64,000 bases of DNA. Origin: Tubiluchus corallicola. Lineage: Eukaryota; Animalia; Priapulida. The DNA lies in contig JAQGDQ010000412.1 in the NCBI GenBank assembly GCA_030141605.1, positions 142,493 through 206,492 on the forward strand. Reading direction: 5' to 3'. The position numbers were made by a program, and so were the translations under genes. Shown one piece after another: positions 24,478-38,527 of the stretch. Every line of letters starts with the position of its first letter. Positions within the stretch are counted from its first letter, which is position 1. Below the pieces are notes generated by a model that did not search any database, had not been told where the DNA came from, and saw nothing but the letters and a program-made list of their open reading frames with translations.

Positions 24478-25497
24478 ATGTTTCAACGTTTTGAAGTCAG
24501 AATGTATCTGAAGAGTGTTACAGTTTTTGCAACAAGAGTAGCATTTGCGATAGTGATAATATTCTGTTGCGTTTTTCTTGCTAAAACTTACTGGTTGTCT
24601 GTGAAACGTCTCCCTCAAGAGCTAAATGTATTCGCCGAAAAGGCTTGGACGAAAAGTATTACGAATTCTACCGTGACTGTGCAGAGAGAGTATGTGGAGT
24701 ATAAAAGTGAAAGAACTGATTGTGCACCTGGTACTCGGCGCCGACTACCCCAGTGTATTATAATCGGATTTCGAAAATGTGGGACTTTAGCCCTGTTGAG
24801 CATGTTGAAACTGCATCCTCGCATAGCTGTTCGAGATTGGTTTCCGATAGAGGTGCATTATTTTAACTACAAAAATCGTAAAGGTTTGAAATGGTACAAG
24901 GACGCCATGCCATGTTCGACGAGCAACCAAATTACCATAGAAAAAAGTCCAACGTATGTTTTCAGCCCAAGAGTTCCAGAAAGAATAAAAACGCTGCTCC
25001 CCGGTGCTAAAATTCTTGTTGTAGTTCGAGAGCCTTTTCAAAGAACTGTTTCGGCTTTCCTAGCATTCGGAAAACGGAAAAACCAAACGTTTGAGCAGTA
25101 TATAAATTCCCGTGGGTCTCCTAATCCCTTACAGGAAGGAAAATATGTGACTTATATTGAAAAGTGGTTGAAAGTTTTTCCTAAAAAGCAATTTCACATT
25201 GTATCAGGAGACGAGTTAGTCGAGAACCCAATAAGTGAACTAAGAAAAGTTGAAACTTTTCTGAACTTGGATCATTTGATACCTGAAGATGCATTTGTCT
25301 ACAGAAATGATAAAGGATTTTATTGTTTCCATGAAAGGACCGAAAAAACGTTTAGTAAAGAAGTCACTTGTTTGGGGAAGAGTAAAGGAAGAAAACATCC
25401 GGAAGTGCCAGAAGACCTGGAAAAACGACTAAAACAAATTTTTCAGCCGTATAATGAACAGTTGTACAAAATAGCAAACCGATCATTTCATTGGTAA
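24478..25497 (+). CDS. Heparan sulfate 3-O-sulfotransferase-like type II membrane protein, intronless CDS, 339 aa
   Basis: N-terminal TM; RLPQCIIIGFRKCGT (5'-PSB), EVHYF, EKSP, VVREP..R..S (3'-PB), KGFYC...CLGKSKGRKHP. Confidence 0.93.
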   Translation: MFQRFEVRMYLKSVTVFATRVAFAIVIIFCCVFLAKTYWLSVKRLPQELNVFAEKAWTKSITNSTVTVQREYVEYKSERTDCAPGTRRRLPQCIIIGFRKCGTLALLSMLKLHPRIAVRDWFPIEVHYFNYKNRKGLKWYKDAMPCSTSNQITIEKSPTYVFSPRVPERIKTLLPGAKILVVVREPFQRTVSAFLAFGKRKNQTFEQYINSRGSPNPLQEGKYVTYIEKWLKVFPKKQFHIVSGDELVENPISELRKVETFLNLDHLIPEDAFVYRNDKGFYCFHERTEKTFSKEVTCLGKSKGRKHPEVPEDLEKRLKQIFQPYNEQLYKIANRSFHW

Positions 25498-25879
25498 CCA
25501 TGGTGACTTTCTTCAGAAATTGATTTTGAATTAACCCTGCTTCCAAACCATGTGTACTCTCTTGATCAGATAGGTATAGTGTAAAATGGGCTAATGTTGC
25601 ACAAAACTGGCTTTTTTCAGGTTTCTATCCATGTTTTTACAATCTTCTACGTATGACGCCTGATAAATTAATGCTTTGCTGCTAATAAATCAGAAAGTAC
25701 AGAAAAGGGGACAGCCGCATAAAATGTAAAGTGGTGTGATAATTAAATTCTTTGGTACATCATTTCAAAATTAGGGTAATGTCGGAAACTTGCATGTAAA
25801 ATCCGACAGTTTGGCAGAGTAACGTCGCACCTAATTAACAGCTTTGTGGGTATGCCTTTTAAAGTCTTTTAATGGAAAA

Positions 25880-26200
25880 CCGGACGATTGTTTAGACTCA
25901 ATCTCATTTTAATTTACCGTCCAAAATATACATTTCCTTGCCTATAAAAGTTAACAATTGTTCCTTATATTTGAATAATTAGCTTAGAAAGTTAATTAAC
26001 GGCAATAGAACACAGCTATTGCTTACGTCAGAAACTAACCACAGTTCGGACAGTGGCAGGTATCTTCTCTTGCGCGTGAAGCACATTTGCATCAGTGTTA
26101 CAGTACTGTTTAAACGCGTTATGTCACGAAAATGAGCTTTACGTCATATGACGTCAGAAACTAACACTGCAGTTCATGATCATGGTTATCACGGTACCGC
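25880..26200. mobile_element. Dispersed repeat; inverted copy at about 60113-60412
   Basis: Shared AATCTCATTTTAATTTAC...GTCAGAAACTAAC...GTTCATGATCATGGTTATCACGGTAC. Confidence 0.7.
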
Positions 26201-27596
26201 CTTCTATTTGTCGATCATGCGAAAAAGGCGCCGCTGCCAATCTTAGTAGATTCACTGAGCCGTGCACAGCTTTGAAAGTTTAATCAAATTTGAGTATCCG
26301 AGGTAATTATTATTTAATCTAAGCTTTGATTTAAAAAAAGCTATTGTAGTTTTCAATATTTTAGAGCATTTTTTATTCTGAACTAATTTCTACTCAGTCA
26401 TCCCTTAAATGGTTTGCGACATTAAGATTGATCAGTCACGACACAAGAGAGATGTTATAGGATTGCATAGGCAAGCGCGAATATTTTCTCCGTGTTGGCG
26501 TGACACATCACATTTAATCATAACTCCACAGTTTTCCTTTCTTATTCTTTAAGTTTTTTTATATTTTTATCATTTTTATCAGCCGTTTTGATAACAGTTT
26601 TCTCCCAATGCTTCTAAAACGATAAAGACCACATAATTTTTACAATTTAGCCAAAAACCCATCTTGTTTACATTTGCATTAGCCTAGACCTCTGGTAAAG
26701 TCCGACACTGCTTCAATGTGTTGTATAACAAACAAACAAATATGGTGCTTTACAAAGTGTGGCAGCAAAGACGCATCAGTGAAGATGCAACTTACAAAAT
26801 AAACCATTTCTGAAAAGGATGTCGTAAACAATTAATGCGTTAGCTCTGTTTATCAGCAAATTAAAAGATTAAGAATAAACGTTCTCAATGAGTGAGCATG
26901 TATGTTCACGACCATACGGCTGTCAGAAGACGAATTGGTAGATAATGGTGAATAAGCTAGTCTAAAGATTTGATGTGCCATATAATTATAGTGAAAGGAA
27001 AAACCAATGTCCAGGTTATTTAATGGGTTTTAGGAAAACGTAAAACTCATTGCCCGACATTAGTATCGGAAACTCATTTCCGAAGGAAACAAATTAATAT
27101 TTGCTCTGTATAGCAGGTTGAATTAACTTTAATATTTAATTAGTTTATTGTCTAACTTCTGTAGATCACTTTCAAAGTCTGGACTCCAATTGTCAATCTC
27201 CTCATGCAGTCATACAGCTAATTTTTTATGCATTAACCATCTGCCTATTCATTTTACCTCAGATAATCAAAAATCGCTCTGTCATTTTTTAATGACTTCA
27301 TTATACATTCGCTTGCTTACGCGCGATTATAACACAAAACTTATTTACAATGTAATTTTTTATTCCGGTTGTTTTTTCCCGCATGAAACGCTTTTTGTTA
27401 TGTAAATTATAACTTCTGTATTCCTGTGCATAAAAAATTAACACCCAATTTAATATACTTCAATATACCAATATATAGATAAACCTGATTCTCAGTTCTA
27501 TTATTTACATGATAATTTATTTTTGACTGCCTAAGAATTATGCTTTTGTGTTATAAAGTATATTTCAGGTGCCATTGTTCTTATGTTTCTATTGTT

Positions 27597-28011
<415 letters not shown>

Positions 28012-28637
28012 GCACAAATAAGTGTACGAAGTACTTAAAGTAAGAATACATAATTACTTTTGTACTTTTATTGTGCAAGTATGTGTATAGGAAACCTGTC
28101 TTATCCTATCATTAATGATATAATTGTTTAATGAATAGGCCTGGTATGAATCGACCAAAGAAAGAATATATAATTCCTTCTGTAGTTTTGTTGTGGAAGT
28201 ATGTATATAGCAGGTTTTCCCCCACATTAAGAGGTAAAGCTATCTCTAAACTCAATATGTACTAACTGCAGTTATAGGGAAGTAAAGTTTTCTCCACGTT
28301 TAGAGGTAAAGCTACCTCTAAAGTTAACAAAGACACTGTAGGTGTCAGGATAGAAATTCCCGTGATTAAATATTGAATTGTAATATGTTGTGACGTCTAC
28401 TAACCTATATATATTTTCATTTACAGATTGTATGTTATGAAATGATAATGTAAATAAGTACAATATGGTGATACTTTAACCCATTTGTTTATTGCTTTTA
28501 TTTACAATATATATATAGATGACATGGCAATGGACATTAAACACTAATAATACTTTTCAAGAACAAACGTCAGATAAAAACATTCAGTCTAATGCACTAA
28601 ACGAAAAATAAAACCATTTTTATCCTTATCCTGGACT

Positions 28638-29277
28638 TTCCACATTATCACGTTCCAGTCTTATTGTTCTTTTACATCAAGACTGAGTACTTTATGATTG
28701 CCACCAAATTCCACATTATCACGTTTCAGTCTTATTGTTCTTTTACATCAAGACTGAGTACTTTATGATTGCCACCAAATTCCACATTATCACGTTCCAG
28801 TCTTATTGTTCTTTTACATCAAGACTGAGTACTTTATGATTGCCACCAAATTCCACATTATCACGTTCCAGTCTTATTGTTCTTTTACATCAAGACTGAG
28901 TACTTTATGATTGCCACCAAATTCCACATTATCACGTTCCAGTCTTATTGTTCTTTTACATCAAGACTGAGTACTTTATGATTGCCACCAAATTCCTCAT
29001 TATCACGTTCCAGTCTTATTGTTCTTTTACATCAAGACTGAGTACTTTATGATTGCCACCAAATTCCACATTATCACGTTTCAGTCTTATTGTTCTTTTA
29101 CATCAAGACTGAGTACTTTATGATTGCCACCAAATTCCACATTATCACGTTCCAGTCTTATTGTTCTTTTACATCAAGACTGAGTACTTTATGATTGCCA
29201 CCAAATTCCACATTATCACGTTCCAGTCTTATTGTTCTTTTACATCAAGACTGAGTACTTTATGATTGCCACCAAAT
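28638..29277. repeat. 71-bp tandem repeat, 9 copies
   Basis: Unit TTCCACATTATCACGTTCCAGTCTTATTGTTCTTTTACATCAAGACTGAGTACTTTATGATTGCCACCAAA, nearly perfect. Confidence 0.96.
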
Positions 29278-30055
29278 TTCGTCTTTGAATCTATGTAGTT
29301 TGTAGCTTATTTTTACTGACAGCAAATTTGACAAAAATTTCATATTTTACGAATACAGGCAATTCGACAAAATAATTTATACAGATAAACGCCATAACTT
29401 TTAATTTTTGTTAGTACGAAAAGTTGGACAACAAATATTTCAAAGGCGGAAGCTATAACGTTAAAATTTACGTAGTTAGAATATGTTTAACAAAAGCTAG
29501 AATTTCCGTTCAATATTTATTCACTTAAAATAACTCCAAATGTCGGCTGGCATCATTACTGTAAGATATCGAGGTTGTAAGATAAAATATTATAATTGAC
29601 GCGCTGTACAGTAAAAGAAAATTTCAACACGTTATAATCAACGTTTATGTAAATTGGGAAAACGTTATGAACCATTTTTAAATAAATAATTAGTCACTGA
29701 CGCGTTCTGAAATATCGTGTTCCCCTCGACTAGGCCTTGCTACCTCAACTTGGCAACGCCACTGCTAGCCAATGCATAATATGCACAAGCAGCAAAAATG
29801 TAGTGTTTGAAAATACAGCCCTTTGCAAACAATAGGTAATGCCAATATGTAGTTTATGTTATTAGCTAGCCCTATTGAATGTCATGTAAACACGGGCTGT
29901 GCAAATTAAAATCAGAGCTGATTTTTTGTGACTGAGTTGTGCATGGTTGTAGTCATGGTGGCCTGTTACATAGCTAGAGGTGATGATCTGCTTGTTCCGA
30001 AGTAAGTCTCAAAAACTGAGTTACATAAACGTCAACTAACAAGAAATATTGCACG

Positions 30056-31452
30056 ATGTTTCAATGTTTTAGTGTTCGATCTTTATCAACAAAAGCACCA
30101 GCCGTGATAGTGATGGTATTCTGTTGCATTTTGTTTCTTAAGACTTTGTGGTTTTAAACGGTCAAAAATGGCACGAAAAAAATTGGTGCAAGTTCATCTC
30201 AGGTTTCAGATTTTATTCCTTCTGTTAGTGTCTCTGAGAGGAATTTATAACAACTTCAAAAGTCTCAGTTGAATTTTCATGTAAACCACTGATCTTTATT
30301 TCTGCAACATTTAAAACAAAAAAAATAGAAAGGTAAAGGTGACTAACATTGGCTAATTTAGTTAGATTGTTAATGAATAATGAATCAATGAATAAATCAA
30401 AATCGAAATAAAAATTAATAGAAGTAAACTTACATCGTTGCGGCATACATCTAAATGAAAAATTTCACTAGCTTGTACAAGACATGTTCACTCATTCAAC
30501 AGAACAGCATAATGCCAAACATAACTAGGTCAGTGCACACACTTTAAACTTTCTAACTAGATGGAGCCACCTTTGCTACAAAATTAAAATTTATTGTCAG
30601 GTTCACCCTGGCCTTAACACCTTCAATCATCAAGGAAGGAAGTATATGCTGAGTATAAAGGTAAGAGTGTGAGGTGCAAACTTGACACTCAGCAAAGACT
30701 ACCTCAGTGTATTATAATCGGATTTCGAAAATGTGGAACCTTTGCCCTGTTGAGCATGTTGAAACTGCATCCTGAAATAGCTGTCCGAGATTGGCAACCT
30801 GTAGAGGTTGATTACTTTAACTTTCATTATGACAGAGGTTTAAAATGGTATGAAGAAGCCATGCCATGCTCAACGAGAAACCAAATTACTATAGAAAAAA
30901 GTCCAAAATATATAATTACTGCAGGTGTGGCAGAAAAGATAAAAAAAGGATCTTCCGCGGGCCACAATTCTCGTCTTAGTTCGGGAGCCCTTTCAAAGGA
31001 TCGTGTCACTTTTCTTAGAACGTGGAAGATTGAAAAACCAAACATTTTTAGAATTTATAACTTCTGAAGCCGAACCTCATCCCGTAGATGAAGGAAAGTA
31101 CGTGACTTATATAGGAAAGTGGTTGAAGGTTTTTCCTAGAGAGCAACTTCACATTGTATTAGAAGACGAGTTAATCAAAAACCCGATAAGTGAACTGAAA
31201 AGAATTGAAACTTTTCTGAACTTGGATCATTTGATACCTGAAGATGCATTTGTATACAGAAATGATAAAGGATTTTATTGTTTCCACGAAAGGACCGAAA
31301 AAACGTTTAGTAAAGAAGTCACTTGTTTGGGGAAGAGTAAAGGAAGAAAGCGTCCGGAAGTGCCGGAAGAACTGGAGAAACGACTAAAACAAATTTTTCA
31401 ATCGTATAATGTACAGTTGTACAAAATTGCAAACCGAACATTTAGATGGTAA
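30056..31452 (+). pseudogene. HS3ST-like pseudogene
   Basis: ATG 30056 gives MFQCFSVRS...VMVFCCILFLKTLWF then TAA (30155); a repeat insertion at about 30229-30617 interrupts the stem; a +1 A in the run at 30941-30947 splits the catalytic domain into ORFs 30669-31067 and 31003-31452. Confidence 0.88.
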
Positions 31453-31524
31453 TCTACACAGCTTCAAAAGTTGGTTAGCAAGTAATCCTATTTTCTAGAC
31501 ACGTAGCTCTGGGCATTGTGTCAA

Positions 31525-31557
31525 AAACATACACACACACACACACACACACACGCA

Positions 31558-31608
<51 letters not shown>
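31525..31608. repeat. (CA)n/(CACG)n microsatellite, paralogous to 18632-18688
   Basis: Direct reading. Confidence 0.9.
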
Positions 31609-34373
31609 CTAAAGTTTCGTCAAAAAGGATGTTCGCACAATGTGATTATTTTTTTAATTTACTTTGATTATTGGCAGTTAAGCGTTTATCATACTCACGT
31701 TAAAAGAATTTCCTGTTTGTTTTCATTTTAAAACTCCCGCGAGACTGTCACGGCGGCGCCATATTACATGGCGTCACAGATCCACAACACCAATCTTTAT
31801 AGTACACGTGCTCAGAACTCACTGCGAGTCTGTTCGAGTGATGTCATGCCACGTGATCAGTCACATGCTGGCTTTTCAATTGGCGGATTAAATGTAACAT
31901 GTCTGCGCCAACGTTTACTGCAGCGGTTGAATATTTTACAAAAATGGGAGTAAATGCGAAACCGCGAGTACTTTACTCGCTTAAGATTATACTTAGGTGA
32001 TATAATTTTTTGTTTCGAATTTTCTGAGGCTTACTTAGGTTGGCCATTTTCTTGTCCTTTAATTAAGTTCGACGCTTGTTGCAAATGACGACTGGCCATT
32101 AACCCTTTCATGCACAAATTTTTTAGCACAAAAATTTGCATATTCATACCACCCCATTTTTAAATGGTCATATCATGAAAACTAAAAGACGAAAACATAT
32201 TGTGTAACTGACTTTTTTGTAGCATTTTAATTGCTTTTTTAAAATATGGAAAAATATTTGACAGAAATTATAACGTGCAGCAATGGTAGTTAGTTATACT
32301 TCAAAACAAAAACAGAAAAGAATCAATATTTCACTAGTTCGAGTAACGTAAATCACAGAACAACTGCTACAATGGAATATTTTACAAAAATATTGTGTTG
32401 ATGGCTTTTGCAAAAGGGCAATGCTACATTTTACACAACTGCAATCTTAAGATGATTCATCTGTACAATATTTAATATAAATTACATTGATTAGTAATTA
32501 GCATTTATAAGTAATGTATGTGTACAGCAGGTCAAATAATATAACATTTAGTTGATTACGAGATCTAGCAACCTTGCATTATTATGATCTCTTTCACTTC
32601 ATTATCACAAAAGGCCTGTATTGTCCATTCACCAAGTGTCCAAAAGAGTTCACAGCACATAAAATCAGTTTCATTAATACTAGCAACACTCTTAAACTTT
32701 ACTGAATTAACGAGTACATGATTCTTTCCCATTGTTGTTATGCTTGTATTATCATTTAAAATAGACAATAAAATAGACAACAGCTGCCCGTGCTAGGCCT
32801 TCTCTTATGCGGAAACCTTCCCTGCTTTTGTGATGTTCACATTTTTAAGTCCTAATTTTTATTTCATTTGCAGTTGCAGTTTCCTGTTTTACTTGGTTAG
32901 TTGCAAATGGCTTCTTTGCTGATGTGACAGACTTTTCTAACTAATTTCAATATCTATGGGCCACTATGGCCTTGATTTCTTTCATTTAAATCTGTGCCTA
33001 CTTTTCTAGTTTGTCTTACACTGATTGCACATTGTCTTATTTACGTCGTAAATTCTTTAGCAACGATTTTTTTCATCTGATTTAATTGTTGCATTGCCAC
33101 GTTTGACTTGTGTTATTTGCGTAGCCATTTTTCTTGATTGTTGATAACAGCATTGTTTGCATTTAGAACTTACAAGGTTCTGCTGAAAATCGTATGAACA
33201 ATGCAGAAACTTATCCTTGTTCAAGCGTGTAAGTGTACAGCAAAAATTATGATGCTTTCCGTGGCCTTTGTGGTAATAAGGTTCTTTCTGTTGAACTAAA
33301 ATTTCCATAATTATGATAGATCACGTACGGTTAGTAAGTAAATACAATTTAAATGTAAGACAACTACATGATTGTGTATATTTCAGTAGCATGCCACTTG
33401 TCAGGAAATCGCACATATATTTCCCGAAGATAAATTTAATTTATGTGTCTATAAAATCCCCTCTAAATTCTCTAGCATTTTTTCTTACTTAGTGAATTTT
33501 CCTTTAACTACAGTCTTACAATATAGCCTTGAATGTTAGACTTAGATTTGCCGTTAGAATAGGTCTGTTGGTAGTTTCCGACCATACAAGTATGCATTGC
33601 ATGAAGCCCACTATTTAGATTAATTTATGAAGGAAAAGTTTATATAAGGCCGCTCGACATGAGCAACGAGGACGACTCTCTTAGCTTTCACTGGCTAATA
33701 GAGCAAGTCCCCCTATATAGGCCTATAGTGCTAAATTATAGTTAAAATTATGGTGCACCTAAATTGAAGTTATGTTGTGCCTCATAAGGTGATTATTGTG
33801 CTTTAGTGCATTGTGCTACTTGTAATAATTATGCTATTTATGTAAATGGTAGTATGTAAGTAAACATTTATTAAACTAACGCTTTATATTTGTGAAATTT
33901 GTGATGTGTGTTCCTTGAATGAAATAATGATGTATTTTATTGTGGCCACATTTTAATCTAATCTGTTTCTCTGTGATCTTTTGAAGTAGGAAGTACGAAT
34001 GACTAAATGAAAATGATTAAATGTTCAAAGTAGTGAGACACAAACAATTAAAGAAATACATATCGAGGTTTACTTTAAAAATGGATAATCGCATAACCCT
34101 ATATTGATTACAATCATAAAAAACATTTCTGACAGTTTCAGTCCTGTTACAAATAGATTACCAGGTTAGTGTACCATAGGTTTCTCCCCTGTGTTTTATT
34201 AACGTAAAAATCACATACTATAAAACAAATTTTCGATACCACTTGTCTTTGCTAGACAGGAGTCATGTTATAGCCAAATCTGTTACTCTATTCTCAACAT
34301 TTTTGAATATGTACACAATTGGATACATTTTTGAATATGTACACTTTTTAATACAATTGGAATCACGTTTATC

Positions 34374-34583
34374 TCACACGATCATTTCGTTCAATGCTAT
34401 CGGTTTACTGCTGCCGTAGGTTATGTTAGCTTTCACATCACCCGCCGTAACACAGTCATCATGTTGATCAATTATACTATGAAGTGCCCCTAAAGCATTT
34501 TCGTAATCGCTTTTTATTTCCAACATTATTCTGTTTATCAAATGGCATAATGCACTGATAACCATAATAAGATCTTTTCCCAA
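34374..34583 (-). mobile_element. Degenerate LINE AP-endonuclease remnant
   Basis: Translation HDDCVTAGDVKANI resembles the GDFNA motif region. Confidence 0.4.
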
Positions 34584-35016
34584 GTGACTCTGGTTGGCAG
34601 ATTTTTATTGCAATGCATCTGTTAGTATTACTACATTTCTTAGCTAATATGTTCATGCATATGAATTGAAGCGTTTCACAGGGATCGAATTTTTAGTCAA
34701 ATATAAGTGCACAATGTTGTATGTCGTGGAGAAATATTATAATTTTATGGCTTCATAAGCCTATGTAATAGATTTCTTGTGTATCTAATAGAAATAACAT
34801 ATACTTTCTTTGTTGACCGCATTTGTAGTGTTTGAGTGGCATGTGCGCAAGTTGTGTCAGTCAAATCAACAGAGTATCGATCCTATTATTGAGCAGCAGG
34901 ACTTTACCTGGTAACGAAGCAGAATAGGCAATTGTTCTATCCCAGGCAACGGTTTAACAGTAGCTGACTTCTAATTTGGAGAAGCTTCATTTAGAAAAAC
35001 AGAGCAACAACGCAAC

Positions 35017-36060
35017 ATGTTTCAGTGTTTTGAAAGCACAAAGTTTCAACAGAACGTTAGTGTTTCTGCAGCAAAGTTAGTGTTTGCGATAGTGCTAGTA
35101 TTCTATTGCATATTTTTTGCGAAAACTTTTTTGTTATCGCCGAGTTATTTGCCTCGTAAACCAATTGTATTCACTAAAAAAGTTTCAGTAAAAAGTAGTG
35201 CAAATTCATCCAGTGCTTCTCGTGATTCTACTCAGGATATTGAGAGAAGGTATGCTGAGTACAAATTTAGTAAGAGAAAGAGATGCAAACCTGGCACTAA
35301 GAGGCGATTACCTCAGTGCATTATAATCGGATTTGGAAAATGTGGAACCCTTGCCCTGCAGACAATGTTGAAACTTCATCCAAGTATAGCTGTCCGAGAC
35401 TGGAGGCCAGTAGAGGTGCATTACTTTAACCGTCACTATGATAAAGGTTTAGAATGGTACAGAGAAGCCATGCCATGCTCGACAAATGAACAAATTACCA
35501 TAGAAAAAAATCCAAGCTATGTTATAACTCCAGGCGTGGCAGAAAAGATAAGGAAAGATCTCCCTGATGCTAAATTCCTTGTTATTGTTCGAGAGCCGTT
35601 TAAAAGGACTGTGTCGCTTTACCTAGAAATTGGAAAACGGAAACACCAAACATTTGCAGAGTTTATAACTTCTAATGGAGAATTAAAACACGTAGATGAA
35701 GGAAAGTATGTGACTTATATTGAAAAGTGGTTCAAAGTTTTTCCTAGAGAGCAACTTCACATTGTCTCTGGTGACGAATTAGTCCAAAATCCAATAAGCG
35801 AACTGAGAAGAGTTGAAACTTTTCTTAATCTGGATCATCTTATACCTGAAGATGCATTTGTCTACAGAAAAGATAAAGGATTTTATTGTTTCCATGAAAG
35901 AACTAGTAAAAAAATTAGTAAAGATGTCACCTGTTTGGGGAAGGCAAAAGGCAGAAAACACCCAGCAGTATCGCAAGAACTGGAAAAACGTTTAAAACGA
36001 ATTTTTAAACCTTATAATGAAAAGTTGTACAAAATAGCAAACCGGTCGTTTCATTGGTAA
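35017..36060 (+). CDS. Heparan sulfate 3-O-sulfotransferase-like type II membrane protein, intronless CDS, 347 aa
   Basis: TM LVFAIVLVFYCIFFA; RLPQCIIIGFGKCGT, EVHYF, EKNP, REP..R..S, KGFYC...CLGKAKGRKHP. Confidence 0.93.
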   Translation: MFQCFESTKFQQNVSVSAAKLVFAIVLVFYCIFFAKTFLLSPSYLPRKPIVFTKKVSVKSSANSSSASRDSTQDIERRYAEYKFSKRKRCKPGTKRRLPQCIIIGFGKCGTLALQTMLKLHPSIAVRDWRPVEVHYFNRHYDKGLEWYREAMPCSTNEQITIEKNPSYVITPGVAEKIRKDLPDAKFLVIVREPFKRTVSLYLEIGKRKHQTFAEFITSNGELKHVDEGKYVTYIEKWFKVFPREQLHIVSGDELVQNPISELRRVETFLNLDHLIPEDAFVYRKDKGFYCFHERTSKKISKDVTCLGKAKGRKHPAVSQELEKRLKRIFKPYNEKLYKIANRSFHW

Positions 36061-37309
36061 ATAAATCTTGATTAAACTAAATTGTAAATGTAGTTCAAAA
36101 TTTGTAAACATCTGAAAATAATGAAGTCATTACAATATTATGGATTTTGAACCACAAAATGTGATAATATTTCCTCGGGTTGGAAAAAGAATATGGAAAG
36201 ATCTAGATGGTGCGTTGGGAAGCTTTCCGAATGGTGATGAAACTTTCTGAGAATTTAACAAATTTAATTGAAAAACTAAAGAAACTGTTGCAGCTCAATA
36301 TCTAAAAATTCCTGTTGTAGAGTTAGTCCCTGTTAGTGTGACCAAGAATGCTCAAACACTCCAATCCAAACATCAAGTCCAGACATAAGTGTGTACATCA
36401 GTTGTTTATTCTGTTAAGAATACAGATATGTAAATAAATAAATTGCTGCTATTTTATGGAATTAATAACTTCAAATTAGTACAAACACAAACAAATTTCA
36501 TGAAGTAACATTTCACATATACAGTTAATTTCAGTAATTAATCAAATCAGCAAAAATTATTAAATTAAATAAAAGCAACTTGCATCCTTGCCCAAACATT
36601 AGAGCACCATTAGAAAAACAGTGAAAGACTGCAGACAGCAGGAATCAATTCAGTTAACAAGCCACAAATCTATAAATCACATGCGTCCAGTCTCAACATA
36701 TCAAGGCCAAGTGTCTGCAGCATTTCACAAAGCCAGGTACCTAAAGTCATCAACCATGAAATCACCTGACAGGTAAGTTGAGGTAACTGCCTGCTGGCCT
36801 CAGAGGGCAGCACTGTCCAGTACAATACTAATTACTTTGTTACACACTATTGTGTATTAATTAAAGACCGTTGAGCCAAGTTAACGGTGACGTTATAACA
36901 GAACAAAATTTTCAACAGCACAAACATTCTACTCAACATCGAATTTTTAAGCTTTATTTACGAATAAAGATCTTATCTTGTCCTGTCAGTGATCAGCTGT
37001 GTCAATGCTACTGTATTTGTTGTTGTTTTTTTTTTACCAAACTTGCAGTTTTTGGCAGCTGCAAGTTGAGCCTGTTGCATGTTTTGCAGTAGTTAGCTTT
37101 GTGCTGTTCATAGATTAAATAAATCTGTGAAAAATTATGTTTGCAATTGTAAATATCGAATTCAGCATTCTTGCAAGAAAAAATGCCATGATCAAAGTGT
37201 CTTGGTTAAGAATCACATATTTGGTTGTAACTTTCTGCTAAATTAGCATTAGAAGAGCAAAAATTCTTAGTTTTACTTAGATAGTGACTGTGAGTGCCAA
37301 ATTACTGAA

Positions 37310-37674
37310 ACATTTTGGGTATTAGATGGCCAAAGAAAATTTCAAACAAAGATCTATATGAAAAAATAAAAGAAGAATCTTGGACAAGAAAAATAAAAAG
37401 ACGCCGTTTAAGATGGATTGGGCATTATGCTTAGACTACCTGATGATATTCCAGTGAAGATAGCTTTTCAACAAGCCATAGAATCAGCTAAAAAACCTGC
37501 AGGAGGACAAATGTTAATATATTTAGATTTTGCACAGAAAGATTTAAACACTTCAGCTTTGATCCTTAGAAATAAATCTACTCGGGGCATTGCGGCGAGC
37601 AGGGAGTCCTGGCATATGGAGGTGAGCAGAATCATGTCACTGGACGTGTGATTCATTGGATGATGATGATGATG
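37310..37674 (+). mobile_element. RTE-clade LINE 3' fragment with (GAT)n tail
   Basis: Translates as LGIRWPKKISNKDLYEK...IKRRRLRWIGH..RLPDD..K...ASRESW, then GATGATGATGATG. Confidence 0.8.
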
Positions 37675-38527
37675 TGACTGCCAGAATATTGATAGACCTT
37701 GTGTGGAATAATTATTAAATAACCAAAATAGTTTGTTCTAACAGTATAACTAATAATAGTTAAATGTGCGTTTTGATTAGATTAAGTTGACTTACCTGTT
37801 CTTGTCTGTTAGGTGGTGACATCTGGCTTCAATGTTAGCAGTTATAGTTTTAAATACCTGTCATTCAAGTTTCAATGTGTTCAAAGCAGTGATGAAGTGT
37901 TTTCTGTGTAACTCACGATTTGATGCCAAAGATGTATGTAGATTTTGTTTAATTTTATTTAGTTATTCACTGAAAGTCTCGGATTAATTTTACTTAATGG
38001 TAATTGACTTTTAGACAGGAAATGGATTAGTTTATTTAAAAGAATTTTTCATTCCAGATAAAATGTATAATTTTGGGAAATGGCGTCTCATGTCAAATAT
38101 GAAGTGAAATGACGAAAGGGCATGTGGTGTGGTGACGGTGCACGAACAATAAAACATTATACTAAGCAGTACCTGATGATTTTGTTTGTTTGTCACTGTA
38201 AACCTCAAACATGAGCTTATACCAGCTTTTGCTTCTCTAGCACGACAATTAATCTTTTGTGATAACGATAGTGTATGAAACATAATAATTTATTACAATA
38301 TGACGTAAAAATTTTGATAGTTTGTCCCCACGTATTGAATGTCACTATTGAATTTCCAACTTCAAAACTTGAATAACACAGACAGCATAATTTATGTTAA
38401 CTTTTTTAAAAAACCTGAGTTGATTTTCATTGCAAACAAATCGCCCAGGTCAGCTTGTGCACCGGACAAATTTGCCCCGGAACCGCTGACAATCTGGACG
38501 AACTGCGCAGGATCTCTGGAGAAGTCG

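Noticed and set aside
28638-29277. CRISPR-like array (also considered for 39447, 41477 and 61710)
   Set aside because: Units are contiguous and identical with no unique spacers; eukaryotic context and no cas genes.
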